A DNA stretch of 64,000 nucleotides from a virus (taxonomy: Duplodnaviria > Caudoviricetes). The DNA lies in IMG/VR virus record IMGVR_UViG_3300023055_000005; one strand, given 5' to 3'. The first letter of the stretch is position 1, and each line of letters opens with the position of its first letter. Of this stretch, positions 26,199 through 35,875 are shown in pieces. The notes below the pieces were generated by a model. The model saw only the letters and a list, made by a program, of their open reading frames with translations, searched no databases and was not told the DNA's origin. The position numbers and the translations under genes are program-made.

Positions 26199-28280
26199 AT
26201 GACTGCAATTCGCACCGCCGCTCCGTTCGCCAACCTGCGTGGTACGTTGGACCGTTCGCGGACTGCCCCGGTCTATGACCCGGAACAGATCCCGTCGCAC
26301 TGCCCGATGTTCTACATCTTCGCAGAGAAGGGTCCGACCCTGCCGCAGCTCGTGAGCGGCGCGGGCTTCGAACAGATGTACGGCATCAAATCGCTGGATG
26401 CACGTGGCAAGTTCGCCACCCACCAGCTCCCGTTCGTCAAGCTGATGAACGCCAACGCCAACGCCATGTTCGTCCAGCGTGTGATCGACCCGGCAGCAGC
26501 TGACGCTGCCACCTGGGCGCTCTACGTGGACATGGTCAAGGACCAGATCAAGCAGTACGAGCGCGGTACGGACGGTCGCTTCAAGCTCGACACCAACCAG
26601 CAGAAGATCCCCACCGGCGAAACCGTCGAAGGTTGGGTCGTCCGCCTGGCATGGGGCGAGCACGTCAAGGGTGACCTGGGCGTGGCAAGCCAGACCACCG
26701 GCATGCTGGTCTCCAGCACCGGCGAGCAGTCCACCATGTTCCCGATCTGGGAAATCAGCGTGTCCGATCCGGGCGCGTATGGCAAGAACCTCGGCATCCG
26801 CCTGTCGGCGCCGAATGTCAACTCGCAGCCGGCTGGCCTGGACGAAGCAACCGTCCTGAGCAACAAGGCCTACCTGTATCGCCTGGCCGCCGTTGAGCGT
26901 CCCAATGCCGCCAGCTCCGCTGTCGTGCAGGAAGGCGTGAAGGGTCAGCGTTACCTGGACTTCTCGTTCAAGGACGGCGTGATCTCGGCTGAAGACCAGG
27001 CCTTCTACATCGGCGATTCGCTGGTGGAGACCTGGCGTGAAGTGGAAGACAGCGGCGTGCTGCGCAAGCAGGGTCCGTTCGGTGCGCAGTTCATCTACCA
27101 GGACAACCTGGAAGAAGTGCTGACCCGTCTGTTCGAAGCGGAACAGCCCTTCGGCCTGCTGGGTGAAGACGACGATGCTGCCGAGAACTACCACCTGGTC
27201 AACTTCCTGACCGCGACCGACCAGTACCTCACCCCGTACTTCGCGGTGGAACTGCGCGGCCCGCTGCAGGGTGGCCTGCTGTTCGATGCCAGCTCCACGC
27301 ATTACGCGGTGGGTGGTGAAGACGGCAAGACCGATGCGAAGACCTTCAACGAGCTGGTGCGCGAACAGGCGCAGAACTTCGGCGAGCTGGAAGCGGATCT
27401 GTACGACACCGCGGTCTACGACATGTCCGTGTTCTACGATTCCGGTTTCGACATGGACACGAAGAACGCGCTGCTGTCGATCATCGGCAAGCGTTACGAC
27501 GTGGCCGTGATCGTGGCGACGCAGGACGTGGACCGTCCGATCAATGCCCCCGAAGCCGACTCCTCGGCCGCGATGGCACTGTCGACCCGCGCGTCGAACT
27601 ACCCCGAGTCGGTTCTGTTCGGTACGCCTGCCTGCCGCGCTGCGGTGGTTGCTGGCGCCGGCAAGCTGAAGAACCAGTCGGTCTACCGTGGCCTGCTGCC
27701 CTTCACCTACGAAATCGCCAACATGTGCTCGAAGTTCATGGGCGCTGGCAACGGTTTCTGGGCGGACGAGTACTCGATGGATGAGTACCCGAACAACGTG
27801 ATGTCGTCCTTCAAGGACACCAACATCGTGTTCCGCCGTGCAGGGGCTCGTGACGAAGACTGGCGCAACAACATGATCTACGCCCAGAACTTCGATCGCC
27901 GCTCGGCGCACTTCCCGGCGTTCCAGACCGTGTACCAGGATGACTCCTCGGTGCTCAACTCGCTGGTGACGATGTTCGCCATCGTCGAGGTCGAGAAGAT
28001 CTGCCAGCGCGTGTGGCGTCGTCTGACGGGCATCTCCAAGCTGACCGGTGAGCAGTTCGCCGAGCGCTCGGATCGCCTGATCAACGCCGAGCTGAAGGAT
28101 CGCTTCGGCACCCGCTTCATCTTCACCGCTGTCACCAGCTTCACCCCGGACGACACCCAGCGTGGTTACAGCTGGTCGACCCAGGTGGACGTCGGTGCCA
28201 ACGGCCAGATGACCGTGGGTAGCTACACGATCGTCGCTCGTCGCCGTGCCGACATGGAAGCGAGCCAGACGGGGGCGTAA
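26199..28280 (+). CDS. Contractile tail sheath protein (phiKZ gp29-like)
   Basis: 693 aa with P.HCP.FYIFAEKGP, GAYGKNLGIRL, YDSGFDMDTK, YPESVLFGTPACRA and FPAFQTVY.DD.SVLNS motifs. Confidence 0.92.
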   Translation: MTAIRTAAPFANLRGTLDRSRTAPVYDPEQIPSHCPMFYIFAEKGPTLPQLVSGAGFEQMYGIKSLDARGKFATHQLPFVKLMNANANAMFVQRVIDPAAADAATWALYVDMVKDQIKQYERGTDGRFKLDTNQQKIPTGETVEGWVVRLAWGEHVKGDLGVASQTTGMLVSSTGEQSTMFPIWEISVSDPGAYGKNLGIRLSAPNVNSQPAGLDEATVLSNKAYLYRLAAVERPNAASSAVVQEGVKGQRYLDFSFKDGVISAEDQAFYIGDSLVETWREVEDSGVLRKQGPFGAQFIYQDNLEEVLTRLFEAEQPFGLLGEDDDAAENYHLVNFLTATDQYLTPYFAVELRGPLQGGLLFDASSTHYAVGGEDGKTDAKTFNELVREQAQNFGELEADLYDTAVYDMSVFYDSGFDMDTKNALLSIIGKRYDVAVIVATQDVDRPINAPEADSSAAMALSTRASNYPESVLFGTPACRAAVVAGAGKLKNQSVYRGLLPFTYEIANMCSKFMGAGNGFWADEYSMDEYPNNVMSSFKDTNIVFRRAGARDEDWRNNMIYAQNFDRRSAHFPAFQTVYQDDSSVLNSLVTMFAIVEVEKICQRVWRRLTGISKLTGEQFAERSDRLINAELKDRFGTRFIFTAVTSFTPDDTQRGYSWSTQVDVGANGQMTVGSYTIVARRRADMEASQTGA

Positions 28281-28333
28281 GCCCCCCGATGGTCACGCCC
28301 TGAACCCGTTTACTACAACTCAGGAGTTACTCC

Positions 28334-29203
28334 ATGCGTTTGAAAGACGCTCTCGCGGGTCAGAAGGGTCCGAACCGCTTCGGCCACGCTCCGACCCTGG
28401 ACACCCGTTACGGCGCGTCGATGGGCTTCACTCCGGATTACAAGGCGTACGTTTCCAATGCGCCTTTCGTCCGCCGGAACCTCTTCGCGCTGCTGCTGGA
28501 AGCCCCCGCTGGTTTCCAGAACCTGCCCAACCCGGAATACTGGGTTGGCGCCCTGAAGGCCCTGATCGAAGAGCAGTCGCTCGTGATCGAAGGTCTGACC
28601 GGTACGCTGACCGCGTCCTTCGAAGACACCCCGTTCGGTGGTGCCGGCGAAATGATGCAGGCAGTCTCGGACATGAAGCGCGAGCGCTCCCAGCCCTCGC
28701 ACACCGTGAACGAGAAGTACGGCCGCTCCTGGAACAAGTTCCTGGAAGGCTGGATGACCGGTCTGCTGATGGACCCGGAAAGCAAGGTTCCCACCGTGAT
28801 GGCCAACAGCGTTGCTGCCAACCGTCCGACGGACCTGCTGCCGGACGTGGTCGGTGCCACCGTGCTCTACATCGAGCCGGACCCCACCCACACCCATCCG
28901 CTGAAGGCCTACCTGACCACCAACATGATGCCGGAAACCGGCGGCGAAGTACAGAGCCGTCGCGACCTGACGCAGGCTGGTGAGAAGCTGGACATCCCGA
29001 TTCGTTTCTCGGGCGTGACCCAGCAGGGCGAAGGCGTGCTCCGCTTCGCCGAGCAGATGATGCGCCGGATCAACATGACCGGCGTCAATCCGAACCTGCG
29101 TCCGGCCTTCATGGACCGGATCAGCGCCGACGTCAGCGCGCTGTCGGATACCGGTTACGTCGAGGCGATCAACCGCCAGGCCAACACCGCGATCAACCCG
29201 TAA
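28334..29203 (+). CDS. Tail tube protein (phiKZ gp30-like)
   Basis: 289 aa directly after the sheath gene, with YVSNAPFVRRN, EKYGRSW..FL..W and LYIEPDPT motifs. Confidence 0.88.
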   Translation: MRLKDALAGQKGPNRFGHAPTLDTRYGASMGFTPDYKAYVSNAPFVRRNLFALLLEAPAGFQNLPNPEYWVGALKALIEEQSLVIEGLTGTLTASFEDTPFGGAGEMMQAVSDMKRERSQPSHTVNEKYGRSWNKFLEGWMTGLLMDPESKVPTVMANSVAANRPTDLLPDVVGATVLYIEPDPTHTHPLKAYLTTNMMPETGGEVQSRRDLTQAGEKLDIPIRFSGVTQQGEGVLRFAEQMMRRINMTGVNPNLRPAFMDRISADVSALSDTGYVEAINRQANTAINP

Positions 29204-29220
29204 CTTGGGTTGGACATATC

Positions 29221-29250
29221 GGGAGGGGCTTCGGCCCCTCCCTTTATGCC
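29221..29250 (+). terminator. Terminator of the sheath-tube operon (hairpin-TATGCC element)
   Basis: GGGAGGGGC-TTCG-GCCCCTCCC-TTTATGCC. Confidence 0.75.
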
Positions 29251-29255
29251 GGATT

Positions 29256-29280
29256 CCAATATCTTTCAACCCTATATCAC
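29256..29280 (+). promoter_or_regulatory. Early-type promoter driving the membrane-protein cassette
   Basis: CCAATATC-TTTCAA-CCC-TATATCAC. Confidence 0.65.
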
Positions 29281-29322
29281 CTTACTGCAATACCTTCAGT
29301 AATTCACCACCAATGGAGTTCC

Positions 29323-29673
29323 ATGATGCTCGTCCTTAAAGTAATCGTCACCATCTTCGCGGTGGGAACCCTCATCTTCAACATCTCGATGGGGTTCTCT
29401 TGGATCTCACACTTCTACATCAGCAGGGGGAAAGACAACTATCACTTCGACTACAGTGGGGGACTTCATGTTCACGGGGAACAGCAACTGGTGCTGATCG
29501 AGATCGGCTCCTTCGTACTGGCAGCACTTGCAACAATCTTGGCTCTACTTTCGATGTACCTGCACTACGCTCTTGTTGTCAACTTTGCGATCGCTACGAT
29601 GTTCGCATTGGGCAGCGCACGAGGCATTCGTCACCAACGCCTCATCCCCATTTCCCATCGTTTCCATTTGTAG
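29323..29673 (+). CDS. Small membrane protein (116 aa, about 3 hydrophobic segments)
   Basis: GGAG SD; hydrophobic stretches VIVTIFAVGTLIF, FVLAALATILALLSM and LVVNFAIATMFALG. Confidence 0.75.
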   Translation: MMLVLKVIVTIFAVGTLIFNISMGFSWISHFYISRGKDNYHFDYSGGLHVHGEQQLVLIEIGSFVLAALATILALLSMYLHYALVVNFAIATMFALGSARGIRHQRLIPISHRFHL

Positions 29674-29682
29674 GAGAGCCCC

Positions 29683-29922
29683 ATGGCTTCGCAAATCAAT
29701 CAGACACAACTGCGGCTGGTCCGCGTTGTCGACTCACCGACCGGCCCGGTCCATGTTCCGGCCAAGACCTTCCCGCGCAAGAACTTCGTTCAGCGCGCCT
29801 GGGATGACGATCCGGCTGCCGTGGTCGCTGGCGGCATTGTGCTGCTCGGCGTGGGCATCATTGCTGGTGCTCTGATCCACGAGCACTTCTTCGATGAGCC
29901 GCCGCAGTTCCACTACCTGTAA
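29683..29922 (+). CDS. Small membrane protein (79 aa, 1 TM)
   Basis: AGGAG SD; AAVVAGGIVLLGVGIIAGALI. Confidence 0.8.
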   Translation: MASQINQTQLRLVRVVDSPTGPVHVPAKTFPRKNFVQRAWDDDPAAVVAGGIVLLGVGIIAGALIHEHFFDEPPQFHYL

Positions 29923-29946
29923 ACCAATCGCACACAAGGAACCCCG

Positions 29947-30312
29947 ATGTTCGTTATCAACCTGTTTGACGTGCTTTTCGCCATCCTCTTTACTGGTCCC
30001 CTGCTGTTCTGGGGATGGGTCATGAAACGCACGTGGAACAAGAGCGTGGCTAATCGAAGGATCGATACGTTCTGGACTAAGGCCACGCTGGCAATAGACC
30101 ATGATGACCGACGTTACCGTGGCCATGCCATCATTTGGAACGCGGTCTTCTTCGGTCTTATCGTGATGGGCATTCTGGTTCCAGTGGTCATCATGCTAGC
30201 CTGGGGGCGCTCGTGGGTCGTCTTGATCCCGAGCGCCGTTTCCCTCTACCCCATTCTTACCATGACGGCTTACCGCTCATGGTGTTCCACCCGAGTTTCA
30301 ACCAGCGCATAA
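29947..30312 (+). CDS. Small membrane protein (121 aa, about 3 TM)
   Basis: AAGGA SD; three hydrophobic segments. Confidence 0.75.
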   Translation: MFVINLFDVLFAILFTGPLLFWGWVMKRTWNKSVANRRIDTFWTKATLAIDHDDRRYRGHAIIWNAVFFGLIVMGILVPVVIMLAWGRSWVVLIPSAVSLYPILTMTAYRSWCSTRVSTSA

Positions 30313-30329
30313 ACGGAGCTTCAAAGAAC

Positions 30330-30677
30330 ATGGCAATTTTCCTCTTCAGTATCCTCGCGGGCATCTACCTCACCCTCTCTGTCTGGAAGGCAATGGATGA
30401 GCGGCATCAACTCGAAGTCATTGCGGGTATGATGCCCAAGACGTTCAACCTGGAAGTGGCCGACGCACGTGAGTCGCCGCTCCTGTTCTGGTTTGGTGTG
30501 CTGGCAAGCTGCTGGCTCTGGTTCGTTCTCGGTGGGATCGCGTTCTACTTCATCTACGACGATTTCAACTACGGCTACGAGAAGATCCTGCTGTGGCCGT
30601 TCATCGCCGCACTGGTTCGCATCACCCAGCGGCTGCACGCTTACAGCCTCTACCGCGAGATCGCCAAGCTCCACTGA
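30330..30677 (+). CDS. Small membrane protein (115 aa, about 3 TM)
   Basis: In-frame ATG at 30330 after the preceding stop; MAIFLFSILAGIYLTLSVW and LLFWFGVLASCWLWFVLGGIAFYFI. Confidence 0.75.
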   Translation: MAIFLFSILAGIYLTLSVWKAMDERHQLEVIAGMMPKTFNLEVADARESPLLFWFGVLASCWLWFVLGGIAFYFIYDDFNYGYEKILLWPFIAALVRITQRLHAYSLYREIAKLH

Positions 30678-30760
30678 TTCCCCTATGGGCTCCCGCTCTG
30701 CTCACCGAAAGGTGGGTGGGGCGGGAGATTCTATGGGACTTATTTTTTTGGTGTCTGGCT

Positions 30761-32980
30761 ATGATTCTGTTCAAAGAAGATTGGGACAAGTATTACAACC
30801 CCATTCCCGATTACAACACCACGAACGAAAGCTTCCTGAAAATGGCCTCCAAGTACAAGGCCATGGGGATCCAGAACTACCACTGGCATCTGGCGCTGAT
30901 GCAGCCGGAGCTCTCGGGCGTAGACGCACACGATCCGGACCTTGATCCGGAAATCAAGCTGATGATCAGCCGCGAGTGCAAGTTCAACCCGATGTACTTC
31001 TTCCGTGAAGTCGTCCGCATTCCGCCGCAGGGTGAACCCGAAGCTGTCCCACTGCGGGCCAACCGCGGCAACATGGCTCTGTACTGGAGCTTCTTCAACA
31101 ACATCGACTGCTTCTTGATCCAGCCGCGACAGACGGGTAAGTCGGTCTCCACTGACGCCCTGTCCACCTGGATCGTTTACGTCGGTGCACGCAATACCCG
31201 CATGTACCTGATCACGAAGGATCATGCGCTGCGCAAGGCCAATATCGATCGACTCAAAACCTTCCGCGACGAACTGCCGCCGTGGATGCTGGAACGTTCG
31301 GCAGCAGATGCCAACAACAGCGAAGAGATCAGCTACATGGCGCTGGGCAACCGCTACAGCACCGGCGTGTCGCAGGGCGACCCCAAGGGCGCTGACAAGC
31401 TGGGTCGTGGTCTGACCGTGCCTGTGCTGCACTTCGATGAGCCGCCGTACGTTGACTACATCGGCATCACGCTGCCCGTGGCCATTTCCTCGGGTAACGC
31501 GGCGCGTGAGAATGCCCGACGTAACGGCCAGCCCTCCGGGATCATCTACACAACTACCGCAGGTCGAAAGGATGACCGTGACGGTGGCTTCATGTACGAC
31601 GTGCTGATGGGTGGCACGGTGTGGAACGAGGCCTACTTCGATTGTAAGGACAACGCCGAGCTGATTGAGACGGTGAAGGCCAACGGTCGTGACAAGGTCT
31701 CCCCGCTGCTGAACATCACCATGTCCCATCGTCAGTTGGGTCTGACCGACGAATGGCTGCACGTGGCAATGGCCAAGGCCAAGATCTCCGGTGAAGCGGC
31801 CGACCGCGATTACCTGAACATCTGGACCTCTGGTACGCAGAGTTCCCCACTGACCCCCGCACAGAACGAGGCCATCCGTCTGAGCGAAATGGAGATCGTG
31901 GAAAACGAGATCCACCGTGAAGGTCGTTACGCATTGCGCAAGTACTTCGACAGCGAAGACTTCATGTACGTGCATGACAACAGTCACTTCCTGGCCGGTA
32001 TGGATACCTCCGATGCCATCGGTCGCGACGGCATTGGTCTGGTCGTCTCCAATGCGTACAACATGGCAACCGCTGCAGCTGGCACGTACAACAAGACCAA
32101 CCTGCTTCAGTACGCTACCTACGTGGCGCACCTGATGAAGAAGTACCCGAACATGACGTTGATCGTTGAGCGCAAGGGCTCGGGTCAGTCGGTACTGGAC
32201 ATGCTGTTGATGCTCCTGCCGAAGATGGGGATGGATCCCTTCAAGCGTCTGTTCAACCGGGTGGTCGATGAAGCTGCTGAGAAGCGTGATCGCTTCGAGG
32301 AAGTCTGGCGTACTCCGGAGACCCACCGCAGCGTGGAGTTCTACTCTCGCTACAAGGAACTGTTCGGCTTCGTCACGACCAAGGAAACCCGTGACCTGCT
32401 GTACGGGGACGTGTTGCAGGAAGCGGCGCGTGGTTGCTGTGATGGCGTCATCGACAAAACGCTGTCCAATGAAATCCGTGGGCTGGTCATCAAGAACGGT
32501 CGACTGGATCACAAGGCCGGTGGGCACGATGACATGGTCATCTCCTGGCTGCTCAACCACTGGCTGGCTCAGTACGGTCGGAACCTGGAGCACTACGGTA
32601 TCCCGACCAAGCTGCTGCGTCGTGCTGTCTCCAACGCGGGGCGTGCTCTGCGTCATGAGGAGGTCCGTCAGCAGGAACAGCAATCCAGCCTCCAGCAGGA
32701 GATCGACGCGCTCGCTGACAAGCTCAAGAGCGTACGTGACCCGATGCTGGAAGCCAAGCTGTCTCACCGCCTGAAGGTTCTCCAGAGCCGTGTGGTGGTC
32801 TCCGATGCTGACGCTACCAGTGTGGATGAACTGCTGCGTAGTAGCGAGGACTCGCGTGAGGTTAGCATGAAGTCCGATGCTGTGGCTCGCCGTCGTCCGA
32901 TCGATTCCGATTCCCTGCGCAATGGTCTGCGAGGTCGTCGTTCCGATCCTCTGCGTGAACTGGCAGTGTGGCGAAGCTGA
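30761..32980 (+). CDS. terL: Terminase large subunit (phiKZ gp25-like)
   Basis: Walker A PRQTGKS, Walker B LHFDE, nuclease motifs GMDTS and GHDD. Likely start is ATG 30761 (MILFKEDW). Confidence 0.92.
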   Translation: MILFKEDWDKYYNPIPDYNTTNESFLKMASKYKAMGIQNYHWHLALMQPELSGVDAHDPDLDPEIKLMISRECKFNPMYFFREVVRIPPQGEPEAVPLRANRGNMALYWSFFNNIDCFLIQPRQTGKSVSTDALSTWIVYVGARNTRMYLITKDHALRKANIDRLKTFRDELPPWMLERSAADANNSEEISYMALGNRYSTGVSQGDPKGADKLGRGLTVPVLHFDEPPYVDYIGITLPVAISSGNAARENARRNGQPSGIIYTTTAGRKDDRDGGFMYDVLMGGTVWNEAYFDCKDNAELIETVKANGRDKVSPLLNITMSHRQLGLTDEWLHVAMAKAKISGEAADRDYLNIWTSGTQSSPLTPAQNEAIRLSEMEIVENEIHREGRYALRKYFDSEDFMYVHDNSHFLAGMDTSDAIGRDGIGLVVSNAYNMATAAAGTYNKTNLLQYATYVAHLMKKYPNMTLIVERKGSGQSVLDMLLMLLPKMGMDPFKRLFNRVVDEAAEKRDRFEEVWRTPETHRSVEFYSRYKELFGFVTTKETRDLLYGDVLQEAARGCCDGVIDKTLSNEIRGLVIKNGRLDHKAGGHDDMVISWLLNHWLAQYGRNLEHYGIPTKLLRRAVSNAGRALRHEEVRQQEQQSSLQQEIDALADKLKSVRDPMLEAKLSHRLKVLQSRVVVSDADATSVDELLRSSEDSREVSMKSDAVARRRPIDSDSLRNGLRGRRSDPLRELAVWRS

Positions 32981-33026
32981 TCTGTATGAACCCTTCACTG
33001 GGTAATACGAAACGGGAGAGTTGATA

Positions 33027-33854
33027 ATGGATCGCTGGGCACAAGTACTGAAGAAGCCAACCTCGGTATTGTCACTGATATTCTGGCCACTGGTAACGGT
33101 GGCTCGATTGTTCGTGGCCATCATGCGGGGCTTCGGTTGGGGCTTTGCTCGGGAGAAGGGAAGCGTGTGGGTTGGTTTCGGCTGGCCCACACAGCGCAAC
33201 ACCGGACAGGAGTTCTCGATGTTCTGGAACTTCTTCAAGGTGGGTAGCCGTCTTGGTATCAATTTGACCATACGGCGGGAGATCGAAGATGCGTACACAC
33301 TGCACATCTCCATCCCCTATCTCTTCTCTCTCCAGATATCCCTCGACGTTGGCTTGTCAAAGTTCCGTGAGGTCTTCTTACGGGGTGCGAACAGCTATTG
33401 CTGGAAGATCGTCTATTACACCTCTGGCTTCTTTGAGGTGAAGGCGAACTACCGCAAGTTCGATGGGGAACGGAAAGGTACTGGCTTCAATTATCAGCGA
33501 GAGGAACCGGGCAGGCACGAGTACCACATCGAGAAAGTGCAGCTGGTTCGCGGCTACGGTCACATTGCACCGACCGAGCACATGCCGCCTGAGAAGGTCA
33601 ATGTCGAGGTGTCTGTCGAGGACGTGTTCCCGATCAATCACCTGGGCTTGGTCAAACTTCATGATCGCACCCGACGCTACACCTGCCGACTGGTCAATCC
33701 CATCGGTGTCGTAGAGCATGACCCCACCGGGATTAAGTTCCCGCGTACTGTCACGCTGGCCGTTGAGGACTCCACCTTCCAGACCACTGCTGTCACCAGT
33801 GTTGGTCAGGCGGTTTCCCAGTACGGCGATTACCTCGCCCAGCTCAGGGCATAG
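33027..33854 (+). CDS. Hypothetical protein with N-terminal membrane anchor (275 aa)
   Basis: GGGAG SD; VLSLIFWPLVTVARLFVAIM; less biased codon usage. Confidence 0.7.
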   Translation: MDRWAQVLKKPTSVLSLIFWPLVTVARLFVAIMRGFGWGFAREKGSVWVGFGWPTQRNTGQEFSMFWNFFKVGSRLGINLTIRREIEDAYTLHISIPYLFSLQISLDVGLSKFREVFLRGANSYCWKIVYYTSGFFEVKANYRKFDGERKGTGFNYQREEPGRHEYHIEKVQLVRGYGHIAPTEHMPPEKVNVEVSVEDVFPINHLGLVKLHDRTRRYTCRLVNPIGVVEHDPTGIKFPRTVTLAVEDSTFQTTAVTSVGQAVSQYGDYLAQLRA

Positions 33855-33856
33855 AA

Positions 33857-33890
33857 GCATAGAGGCAGGGCTCGCGCCCTGCCTCTATGC
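33857..33890. terminator. Perfect CATA-hairpin-TATG bidirectional element
   Basis: 15-bp stem GCATAGAGGCAGGGC-TCGC-GCCCTGCCTCTATGC between convergent genes. Confidence 0.8.
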
Positions 33891-33893
33891 CGT

Positions 33894-34316
33894 TTACATC
33901 GCCACTATCTCTCGAATCTCACCGTCGAGATTGTCCCGACGCAATCGCCGGATCACACGGTCGAGGTAGGCGTTGATCGCCAGGTAGTGCGGATACTCGC
34001 TCCATTTCAGGAACCAGTTGCTCATCATTGGGTAAGTGACGGGCTCCAAACACTGTGGGTCGACGCGGTCGGATTGACTCCCGGAAACCGCACCAGTAAC
34101 CACGAACACACTCTTGCGAGAAGATGGAATCCACCACCGCTCGTAGGTTGTGCGATAGACGATACGCTTGCACACGACCGTCAGCTCCAAGACTCCCTCG
34201 GTGCCGATCGAGAACTTCTTTGTGGAAGCCTCATTGGATCGTTGGTACGTTTGCGTATGGGATCTGCCTGTTACGTGGTGGCACAACACACCCAAGTAGA
34301 AGAGGAAAAACTTCAT
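33894..34316 (-). CDS. Hypothetical protein (140 aa)
   Basis: Fills the gap downstream of the gp32-like gene, co-directional with it and ending at the terminator; the start codon is uncertain. Confidence 0.6.
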   Translation of the reverse strand: MKFFLFYLGVLCHHVTGRSHTQTYQRSNEASTKKFSIGTEGVLELTVVCKRIVYRTTYERWWIPSSRKSVFVVTGAVSGSQSDRVDPQCLEPVTYPMMSNWFLKWSEYPHYLAINAYLDRVIRRLRRDNLDGEIREIVAM

Positions 34317-34346
34317 TGAAACCTGCCTTGGGGTTGGTACTGCCTA

Positions 34347-35567
34347 CTACGAGTAATGTTCCTTGGCAAATGCTCGCAGGACGAGGTACAGCATGACCGA
34401 CGTCCTTACCGAAGAGATGACGCTCTCGTTTCGCGTTTTCACTGCCTGGCGGACGACCTTGTCCGAAAGGGCCTTCATTTTCAGAAGGGATGGATCAACC
34501 ATCCGTGACGCCATGTAGAGCGCTCTCAGCCGAGCGATAAGTGGAACAAGAATCGAGCCGCTGTTGGCGAGGGACTTGTCGTTCAGCACGACGCTGTACG
34601 CGTGAACGAGAGTTTCGTCAACCAGTTGCTCGACTTCGGGCACACCGGGAACTCGATGGTTATCGGAGATCCAAGTGAGCGCCTCTTCAAGCAGCTTCTG
34701 CGGGGTAGTGCGCATCGACGAGATGATCACCTGCACCAACTCCGTACGGATGAAGGTGGGGCGGTCACCGATTACGTCGTGGAGGTAACGGGTGTAGGTC
34801 GTGTAGGTACGCTGCTTGTCCTTCACGATAACCTGGCCGTTCAACTCAACCGTGGAGGAAGTGGACCGCAAGGTGTTGCCACTGGCACGCACCTCGTAGA
34901 ACAGCTCCGTCAGGTTCTTCACGTACTCACGCAGACGCTGCTGGATATCGGTGATCATGTAGCCCACAGCGGCGTCGGGGCCGTGGTCCACGATGGTCTT
35001 GTGATGCACCGACGTTTTGGACAGAATGTCATCGGTCCGGAAATCGATCAGGGCGCCCCAGCTACCCACGATCTTCAGCAGGAACTTGCGGGTCATGGCA
35101 GCAGCAGTTGCTTGCGCTACGGCCAAGTCGCTGGGGAACTTGAAGTTGTGCGCCATGATGGAGCTGAGGAACTTGTACTGCAGGATCGTCAGCACGTCCT
35201 TCATGCCGGTCTCTTTCTGGGAGGTCGGCAACTTGGAGTGATAGATGGCGCTGACCAGCCAGCAGCACGTTTGGTTCATGGCATCGGTGATGCGCACGAA
35301 GTCTTCGTTGATCGTCGGCAATGCAACGATACGACTACGCAGTTCATCCTCGTCGATGTTCAGGATGTCATCGAAGAACTCAGCGCGCTGCTCGTCCCGG
35401 AAGCGGAACGGGTAATGCCCGAGCAGGTTCGAGCCCAGGAACTTGACGTGGTCAGGGTTCTTGGTGGCGAACTCGATGCGGAATCGGTGAAGACGCTTCA
35501 TCAGCGCCAGATCGATTTTGACGTCCTTGCAAACATCGGCAAAGACAGACTTCAGGGACTCGGCCAT
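34347..35567 (-). CDS. Conserved virion structural protein (phiKZ gp32-like)
   Basis: 406 aa; H..FLGSNLLG, QYKFLSSIMAHNF and SVRTSVMLYLVLRAF motifs. Confidence 0.7.
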   Translation of the reverse strand: MAESLKSVFADVCKDVKIDLALMKRLHRFRIEFATKNPDHVKFLGSNLLGHYPFRFRDEQRAEFFDDILNIDEDELRSRIVALPTINEDFVRITDAMNQTCCWLVSAIYHSKLPTSQKETGMKDVLTILQYKFLSSIMAHNFKFPSDLAVAQATAAAMTRKFLLKIVGSWGALIDFRTDDILSKTSVHHKTIVDHGPDAAVGYMITDIQQRLREYVKNLTELFYEVRASGNTLRSTSSTVELNGQVIVKDKQRTYTTYTRYLHDVIGDRPTFIRTELVQVIISSMRTTPQKLLEEALTWISDNHRVPGVPEVEQLVDETLVHAYSVVLNDKSLANSGSILVPLIARLRALYMASRMVDPSLLKMKALSDKVVRQAVKTRNESVISSVRTSVMLYLVLRAFAKEHYS

Positions 35568-35620
35568 GTTCGCCTACCATAGATTCTAAAGGGGGGTGCA
35601 TAAAATGGGATCGGAAAACT

Positions 35621-35637
35621 TTTGAACTCTATATTAC
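35621..35637 (+). promoter_or_regulatory. Early-type promoter
   Basis: TTTGAA-CTC-TATATTAC, containing the phiKZ early core TATTAC. Confidence 0.7.
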
Positions 35638-35713
35638 CCTAGTGAGCACTTGCCTTAAACGAGGCTCTCGCTCGAAATCCTTCTTCGAAGTTCAACCAAC
35701 TGAGTAATCCATA

Positions 35714-35875
35714 ATGTTCAAATCCCTCCTGGCTGTTGCCGGCGTCGTTGCTGTTGGCGCTGTCGCTTACACCCTGTTCAACGATGCTCAGGGAAGCGCC
35801 GACCATCCGGTCGTCGACGGGGAGCCCCAGGCTCCGGACATCAGCGGCGACACGACCGCAGCTCCGGCGATCTGA
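35714..35875 (+). CDS. Unannotated 53-aa microprotein with N-terminal TM/signal segment
   Basis: Manual translation MFKSLLAVAGVVAVGAVAYTLFNDAQGSADHPVVDGEPQAPDISGDTTAAPAI*, downstream of an early promoter; below the ORF-track size cutoff. Confidence 0.7.
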   Translation: MFKSLLAVAGVVAVGAVAYTLFNDAQGSADHPVVDGEPQAPDISGDTTAAPAI

